Below, in pieces: positions 17,095 to 26,000 of a stretch of DNA of 64,000 nt. The notes under the pieces are model-generated. The model saw only the letters and a program-made list of their open reading frames with translations. It had not been told where the DNA came from and did not search any database. Every line of letters starts with the position of its first letter. Position 1 is the first letter of the stretch. Both the position numbers and the translations under genes were made by a program. The DNA comes from an uncultured Phycisphaerales bacterium (lineage in GTDB: Bacteria; Planctomycetota; Phycisphaerae; Phycisphaerales; UBA1924): positions 10,638 through 74,637 of the forward strand of contig CALJIV010000049.1 of NCBI GenBank assembly GCA_937974035.1, given 5' to 3'.

Positions 17095-20000
17095 ATGGCG
17101 AACGGCACGAACCGGACAAGCAACAGGACCGAGCGGGCGGCGTCGCTGGTGCGCGCGGCGGAATGGGTCAGCCGCGGCAGCCTCCTTGGCATCGGGCGCG
17201 GGGCGGGCTGGACGGGCGCGCTCGGCGGCGCGCTGATCGCCGCGGTCTGCTCGCACGCCCTCGCCGGCCCCGAGGGGGCGCAGGTCGTCCGGGGGCAGGT
17301 GGACATCACCCGCAACGGCTCCGAGACCATCATCCGGGCGGGCCACAACAGCATCATCAACTACCGGAGCTTCGACATCGCCGGGCATGAGTCCGTGCGG
17401 TTCATCCAGCCCAACTCCTCCTCGCGCGTCCTCAACCGCATCAACAGCGCCGCGCCCACGCGCATCGACGGGGCCCTCACCGCCAACGGTCGCGTGTACA
17501 TCGTCAACCCCGCGGGCGTGATCTTCGGCAACGGCGCGCGCGTCAACGTCGCCGGGCTGTATGCCGCGGGCGGCAAGCTCAGCAACGCCGACTTCGTCGC
17601 GGGTCGCAACCGGTTCACCGATCTGACGGGCGAGGTGGTCAACCACGGCTCGATCACCGCGGACTTCGCGGGGCTGATCGGCCATCGCGTGTACAACTCC
17701 GGGAGCATCGTCGCGCCCGAGGGCACGGTCGTCATGGCCGCGGGCCCGGAGGTCATGGTCGGCGAGCGCACCGGCAACATCTTCGTGAAGGTCACCGGGC
17801 CGTCGAAGAAGGCGGACGGGACGGCCATCGACAATGCGGGCCTCGTGGAAGCCGCGGGCGGGCGCGTGATGATGGGCGCCGGCGACATGTACTCGCTGGC
17901 GGTGCGCACCACCGGGCACGTGAAGGCGAAGGAGATCGACGTCGGTCTGGGCAAGGGCCACGTCGCGGTCTCCGGCGTGCTCGACGCCTCGAACCAGGGC
18001 CAGGGCGGGACCGGCGGTCGCGTCCACGTGCTGGGCGAGACCATCGCGCTGACCGGCGCCACGATCGACGCCTCCGGTGAGCAGGGCGGAGGACAGGTCC
18101 GCGTGGGCGGCGACTTCCAGGGTCGGGGGGACCTGCCCCACGCCGGCGTCGTCACGGTGGACAAGGAGAGTTCCATCAACGTCTCCGCCCAGCGCCAGGG
18201 CGACGGCGGCACGGCCATCGTCTGGTCCGACCACTTCACCGCCTACTACGGCCAGGCCGAGGCCCGCGGCGGGTCCGAGGGCGGCAACGGCGGTCTCATC
18301 GAGACGTCCAGCAAGAACGTCGTTGATCTGGCTCCCACCTTCATCGATGCCTCCGCGGCCAAGGGCAAGGGCGGCAACTGGCTGATCGATCCTCGCAACG
18401 TCACCATCAGCGATGCCGCGCCGAGTCACGTCGGCGCCGGCCCCAACTTCGCTCCGGACAACAGTGGCCCTCCTGGTGAGTCGTCGAACGTCCAGGTCTC
18501 GACCATCGAAGCGGCCCTCAACGCAGGCACCAGCGTCACGGTCACGACAGCGGGCAGCGGTACGGGGCAACCCGGTCATATCACGGTCCTCGACAGCATC
18601 GAGAAGACCGGCGGCGCCGACGCCACGCTCACGCTCACCGCGATGGGCAACATCACGATCAACGAGCTCGACACGGGCGGCGACCCGCTCGTGATTTCCT
18701 CTTCGGCGGGAGCGCTGGGGGTCATTCTGCAGGCCAACGCCGACGGCGGCGCGGGTCATGCCGCCACCGGCTCGGGCTCGGTCTTCCTCAACGGCAGCAT
18801 CGTCACCAACGGCGGCGTGTTCACCAGCTCGGGCGTGAACTTCACGTCCACATCGACAGGCACGGTGGACACCACCGGCGCGACCAACGGCGCCATCACC
18901 CTCAACCACACCGGCGCGGTCTCGATCGGCGGGACCATGACCGGCGGGGCCATCGACATCGATGCGGGCTCGACGATCAGCCTCGGCGCTGACCTCATCA
19001 CGAGCGCGGGGACGGTCCGCTTCCGTGATCCGGTGATCCTCACCGACGATGTGATCATCGACACCACCGACGGCGGCAACGCCGCCGCCGGCGCGAGCAT
19101 CTCCTTCGACAGCACGCTCGACGGCACGACCGCGAACGAGGAGGACCTGCAGCTCAACGCGGGCACGGGCGGGAACATCACCATCGCCGGCGCGGCGGGC
19201 GGCACGACCCGGCTCGGTCTGCTGAACATCGTCAACGCGAACGACGTGACCACCGGCGCGCTCACGCTCGGCGGCCTGGTGCAGAATGACGGTCAGGGCC
19301 TCAGCACTTTCGACGGTGCGGTGAACACCAACGCCGGCGGCGTGGTGGTGACGGGCAACAACTTCACCTTCACCGGCACGGTGACCACCGGCGCGGGCGG
19401 TGAGCTCTTCTCCACCAACGCCGGTGCGCTGGTCCTTGGTGCGGGCGCGAACCTCGACGGCAGTCTTGTGCAGGCCGGCGGCGGGAGCATCACCGTTACC
19501 GGCAACATCACGACCACCAACGACAACATCGGCATCGCGGGCGACCTGATCCTCACCGGCTCTTCGACCTTCGACGCGGGCACGGGCACCATCGCCCTGA
19601 GCGGCGCCGCGGACCTGGGCACGGGCACCGTCATCTTCAACGCGGACTCGATCAACTTCAACGGCGGCGCGAACTCCGTCTCCGGCACGGGCACGCTGAC
19701 GCTGCGCCCCAGCACCAACGGAGCGAGCATCAGCGTCGGCACGGGGGGCGGCGATCTCGAGCTGACCGCAGCGGACATGGCCGCGCTCGCCGACGGCTTC
19801 ACGCAGATCAACATCGGGCGCGCGGGCACGGGCGAGCACGAGATCACGATCGGCACGCTGGCGATCCGCGACCCGATGGTCTTCCACGCCTCCGCGGCGG
19901 GCGGCTCCGTGGTCGTCAACGGCAACATCACGGGAACGACCAACGGCTCGGTCACGATCAACGGCAGCGGCAACTCGACTACGCTGAACGGGAACATCGT

Positions 20001-23000
20001 CACCGCGGGCGGCGCCATCGCCATCAACGACGGTGTGACCCTGGGCACGAACGTGCAGCTGGACACCACCAACGGCGGCGCGGTCGCCGCGGGCGCGAAC
20101 ATCAGCATCACCGGCGCGGTGAACGCCACGACCAGCGGGACGGAGGGGCTGACGCTCCGCGCGGGCACGGGCGGGGACATCTCGCTCGGCACGGTGGGCG
20201 GCACCACGCGCGTGGGCGCGTTCACCATCACCAGCGCCGATGACGTGAGCGCGGGCGCCATTACCGCGTCCACCATCACCCAGACGGCCGCGACGTCGGC
20301 CACCTACAGCGGGGCGCTGAACACCAACGCCGGGGGCGGCATCAGCCTCACGGGCGGTTCGATCAGCCTCGCGGGCGCGACCACCACCAACGGCGGCGGC
20401 CTGACCATCAACAACAGCGCCGCGCTGAGCATCGACGGGGCGCTGAACCTGGACGGGGCGCTCAGCCAGACCGGCACCGGCACGGTCACGATCTCCAACA
20501 ACATCACCACCACCAACGACGCGGTGTCCTTCGCCTCGAACGTGATTCTCGGCACGGACATCTCGATCGACACCAACTCGGGCACGGGCGCGAACGTCAC
20601 CTTCGGCGGCACGCTCAACGGCACCACCGCGGGTGCGGACAACCTCACCATCAACGCCGGCTCGGGCGACGTGACCTTCACGGGCGCGATCGGCGGATCG
20701 ACCCCGCTGGGCATCCTGACGATCACTTCGGCCGATGACGTCTCCGCCGCCGCGGCGACCTTCCTGCGCATGGTGCAGTCCGCGGGCACGGGCACCACGA
20801 GCTTCAGCGGCGCGGTGAACGCCACCAACGGCGGCCTGAGCCTGACGGGCACGAACTTCACCTTCGGCAGCACGGTCAACACCACGAGCACCTCCGGCCT
20901 GACCGTCGTCGCCACCGGCGCGCTGACCCTCAACGGCGCGGTGAGTCTCGACGGCAGCCTGGTCTTCTCCGGCGGCGGCACCGTCGCCATCAACGCCGAC
21001 GTCACGACCACCAACGACAACATCAGCATCACCGGCAACGCGACCATCGGCGACAGCGTGGAGCTGAGCGTGGGCACGGGCATTATCGCCTTCAGCGGCA
21101 CGCTGGACATGGGCGCCAACGACGTCACCTTCACGGGCGACGAGATCAACTTCAACGGCGGCGCGGACAGTGTGTCGGGCACGGGCGCCATCGTGCTTCA
21201 GCCCGCGACCAGCGGCCTCACGGTCAACGTCGGCAACTCCACCAACAACGCCAACCAGCTCGACCTGCAGATCGGCGACATCAACGCGCTGGCCGACGGC
21301 TTCAGCTCGATCACCATCGGGCGGGCCACCGGCGCGCAGACGATGAACATCAGCGCCTCGCTCTTCAAGGACCCGGTCACCTTCCGCACCGGCAGCGGCG
21401 GGACGGCCACCGTGGCGGGCGCGCTCGCGGGCACCGGCGACGCCTCCTTCACCTTCGATGGCGGCTCGGCGGTCGCGATCAACGCCGCCGTCTCCACCGA
21501 GGGCGGAGCGTTCAGCTCCTCCGGCACCACCTTCACGTCCAGCGCGGCGGGGATCATCAGCACCGGCGGCGGGGCCGTCACCATCGCGCACACCGGCGCG
21601 GTGACCATCAACGGCAACATCTTCGGCGGCGCGCTGGACGTGGACTCCGGGTCCACCATCACCCTGGCGGGCAACGTCACCACCGAGGGCGGCGCCGTCC
21701 GCTTCCGCGACGGGGTGATCCTCACCGACGACGTGGCCATCAACACCACCGCCGACGGCAACACGGCCGGCGCGAACATCACCTTTGACAGCACCGTGAC
21801 CGGCAACTCCGCCGGGAACGAGGACCTGATCCTCATCGCGGGCACGGACGGGGACGTCTCCTTCGGCGGCGCGGTGGGCGGCGCGGCCCGCCTGGGCCAG
21901 CTCTACATCGTCAGCGCGGACATCGTGACCGGCACGAGCGTGAACGCGGTGACCATCCGCCAGGACGAAGGCACGACCAGCACGACCTTCACCGGCGCGC
22001 TGAACACCAACGGCGCGGGCGGCATCACGCTCACGGGCAACGCCTTCTCTCTCAATACGGTGACGACCACCGGCGGCGGCGCGGTCACGATCGACAACTT
22101 GGGCACGCTGACCCTCGGCGGCGCGCTCTCGCTGGACGGGGCGTTCTCTCAGATCGGCCCGGGTTCGACGCAGCTCAACGCCGCGCTCACGACCACCAAC
22201 GACGCCATCAGCTTCGCGGGCGACGTGACGGTGGGGGCCGGCGTGAGCGGCCTGGACGCGGGCACCGCGGGCCTGACCTTCGGCGGCCTGCTCAGCCTGG
22301 GCGCGAACAACTTCACCCTCACCGCCAACTCGCTTGCGTTCAACGGCGGGGCGAACAGCGTCTCCGGCACGGGCACGCTGACCATCCGCGGCGCCACGCC
22401 GGGCACCAACATCGGCGTCGTCGTCACCCCCGCCGGGACCGGCCTCCACATCACCAGCGCCACCTGGGAGGCGCTGGCGGACGGCTTCGCCACGATCATC
22501 GTCGGTCGCCCCGACGGCAGCGGCAACCTCAGCCTGGATTCGATCACCGTGAACGACTCCACGGTGTTCCAGATGCCCAACGGCACCATCAATGTCTACG
22601 GCGTCATCGAAGGCATGGCGGGCGCGTCGCTCACGCTGGTGGGCCACACCCTCTTCGAGACGGGCTCGGGTCTGCATACGCAGGACGAGCAGATCATCAT
22701 CGACGGCGACGTGGTCCTGGACCCCGGCCTCGTCATCATCAGCACCGTCGGCGCGGGGCTCACCGGGGCGGACATCAACATCACCGGCCCCGTCACCGCC
22801 ACCAGCGCCGACACCGCCGCGCTTGCGCTCGACGCGGGCACCAACGGCGACATCGTCATCGCGGGCGACGTAGGCGAGAACGCCGTGCCTCTGCTGTCCT
22901 TCAACGTCGTCAGCGCCAACGACGTGGTGACCGAGGACGTGTACGCCGGCACCATCCTTCAGAGCGTTGGTCTGGGCACGTCCACCTTCGGCCTGCTCCG

Positions 23001-26000
23001 CTCCGGCGCAGGCGGCATCAGCCTCACCGGCACCAACTTCATCCTCAACCAGGGCGCGGCGAGCCTCGGCGGCGGCACGATGACCGTGGACAACTCCGGC
23101 ACGCTGACGCTGAACGGATCGGTCGCCCTGACGGGTTCGTTCACCCAGTCCAACGGCTCCGTCGTCCTCAACGCCAACATCAGCACCACGAACGACGACA
23201 TCACGATCGGCGGCGCGACTACCGCGGGCGGCTTGTTCGCCGCGCTCAACGCGGGCACCGGGACCATCACCCTCGGCAGCACCTTCGATCTGGGCGCGCT
23301 CAACGGCACCTTCACCGCCAACGACATGGCCTTCCTGGGCGGGGCCAACTCCATCACCGGCACCGGCCAGATCACGCTCCAGCCCGGCGCGGCGAACACG
23401 TCGATCGGCATCGCGGGCGGCGCCGGCACGTTCCAGCTCAGCACCGCGGACCTGGCGGCCTTCGCCGACGGCTTCTCGCTCATGACCATCGGCCGCGCCG
23501 ACGGTCAGCACGTCATCAACATCGGCGCGGTCGACTTCCGCGACGCCGTCGTCATCCGCACGCCCTCGGGCGGTTCGATCACCGTCAACGGTGAAATCTT
23601 CGGCGCGGACGACGCCTCCATCACCCTCACCAGCGGCGGCACGATCACCCTCGGCAACGACATCATCACCGAGGGCAACGAGATCTCCGTCAGCGGCCCG
23701 ATGGTGCTCTCCGCCTCCGTGCTGCTGGACACCACCGACGGCGGCAACTTCGCGGGCGCCGACCTGACGCTCGACGGCGACATCCAGGGCACGACCGCGG
23801 GCGCTCAGGCGCTCACGCTTGCCTCCGGCAATGGCGACATCTCGCTGGGCGGGAACATCGGCACCACCACGCGCCTTGGATTCCTGACGGTTGACGGCGA
23901 CGTGCAGTACGCCCCGGCGACCGTCATCCGTTCCGCCGGCGCGACCTTCAACGGCTCCATCACCGGCAACGACGACATCACCATCGACGCCGGTGCGTTC
24001 GCCCTCACCCTCAACGATGACCTGAACGCAGGCGCGGGCGACGTCACCCTCTCCGGCTCGACGATCACTCAGAACGGTGCGGTGACGGGCGCGAGCTATG
24101 CCGTCCAGGCGCAGAGCGACCTCCACGTCTCCGGCGACATCACGGCGACCGGCGCGGGCGGCGTCCTGCTCAACGCGGGCGTCTCGGGCGCGGGCGACCT
24201 CACCTTCGGTGCGGGCGTTGAGATCCACGCCAACGCCATGACGCTCTCGGCGGGCAACGGCACCGGCGCCTCCATTGTGGACGTGATCACCAACAGCCCG
24301 GTCTTCCGCGGCGCGGCGGGCGGGACGACTTCGCCGACCTTCTTCCAGTTCCGCCAGGACGTGGACATCGACTCGTCCGTGCTGCCCTCGGTCGCCACGC
24401 AGTTCGGCAACGGCATCGCGGGGATGGACTACCGCATCAACGCCCGCAACGGCGCGATCACGATCGACACCGCCGCGAGCGTGGCCGACAGCGCCCTGCG
24501 GCTCACCGCCTCGGACTGGATCGTCATCAGCGACGACCTGCAGCTGGCGTCCCTCCGCGCCACAACGGCGATCGCCTACAACGGCTCCGTCACCACCAGC
24601 GGCGGGGACATCCGTCACGACGCCGCGGTGCAGACCCTCGGCAACGCCCTGCTGGACGCCAACGGCGGCCTGATCTCCTTCTTCAGCACGCTCGCCGTGG
24701 ACGGCCCCTCGCTCACCCTCATCGCGGGCGACATCGACTTCGCGGGCACAGTCACGCCGGGCGCCGCGGCCACGCTCTCCATCCAGCCCTCCGACCCCAC
24801 CAAGGACATCTACCTCGGCGGCACGGGCTCGGAAGGCTCGGGCGACATGCACCTCACCGCGGCTGAAATCGCCCGTCTGGGCGACGGCTTCGCCGACATC
24901 AACATCGGCCGCAGCGACAGCAGCGGGACCATCTACGTCCGCTCCGCCGTCTCCTTCCAGGACCCCGTCACGCTGGTTGCTTCCGAGCCCGGCGCGGCGA
25001 TCCGCGTCGAGGCCCTGCTCGAGGGCACCGACGACGCCTCCATCACGCTCGACGGCTCCGGCGCCACCACGTACCTGCTGGCCGATATCCGCACCGCGGG
25101 CCAGGCCATCACCATCAACGACAACGTGATCGTCGGGGCGGACGTCACGCTCGACGCCACGAACAGCGGCGCGGTCTCCTCCGGCGCTGACATCACCATC
25201 AACGGCGACATCAACGCCGACTCCGAGGCGCAGGACCGCCAGCTCGCCCTCAACGCGGGCGATGCGGGCTTCATCTTCATCCAGAACGTCGGCCTCGACG
25301 AGCGCCTCGGCTCCTTCTCCGCGCTCGCGGACCGCACGTTCGTGCAGAGCGTCCAGACGCTCCACGAGCAGACCTTCACCGGCGATGTCTCGCTCGAGGG
25401 CGACCTCAACTCCAGCGTCTCCGGCGACATCGCCATCAACGGCGACCTCTTCCTCGTCTCCGACGTGTCCATCGACACCGCGGGCGGGGCGGGCGACAAC
25501 ATTCACGTGACCGGCGTGATCGACAGCGACGGAACGGCCCGGAACCTCACGATGAACGCCGGCGCGGGCAGAGTCATCGTGGAGGGGGACATCGGGCAGG
25601 TTCTCGAGATCAACAACCTGAACGTGACGGGCGCAAACAACTCGTTCGCGTCGGTCGCCACCACCGGCGTCCAGAGCTACACCGGCGACACCTCGGTCGG
25701 CGGCGTCCTCAGCGGAACGGCGATCACCTTCAACAACCTGCTCACGCTCACCGAGTCCACCACGCTGGCCGGCAGCGTCTCCGTGAACCTGAACGAGGTC
25801 CTCTCCCAAAATGGCGAGGCCAACGACCTGACCATCGAGTCGCCCGTCACCGTGTTCGGCGGCAACATCGGCAACACCACGGGCGGCGCACTGGGTGAGA
25901 TCACGACCGACGCGGGCGGCACGCTCACGGTCAACGCGTCGCAGGTCCGCTCGATGGGCTCGCAGACCTACGGCGACGCCGTGCTCCTGGGCAGCAACGT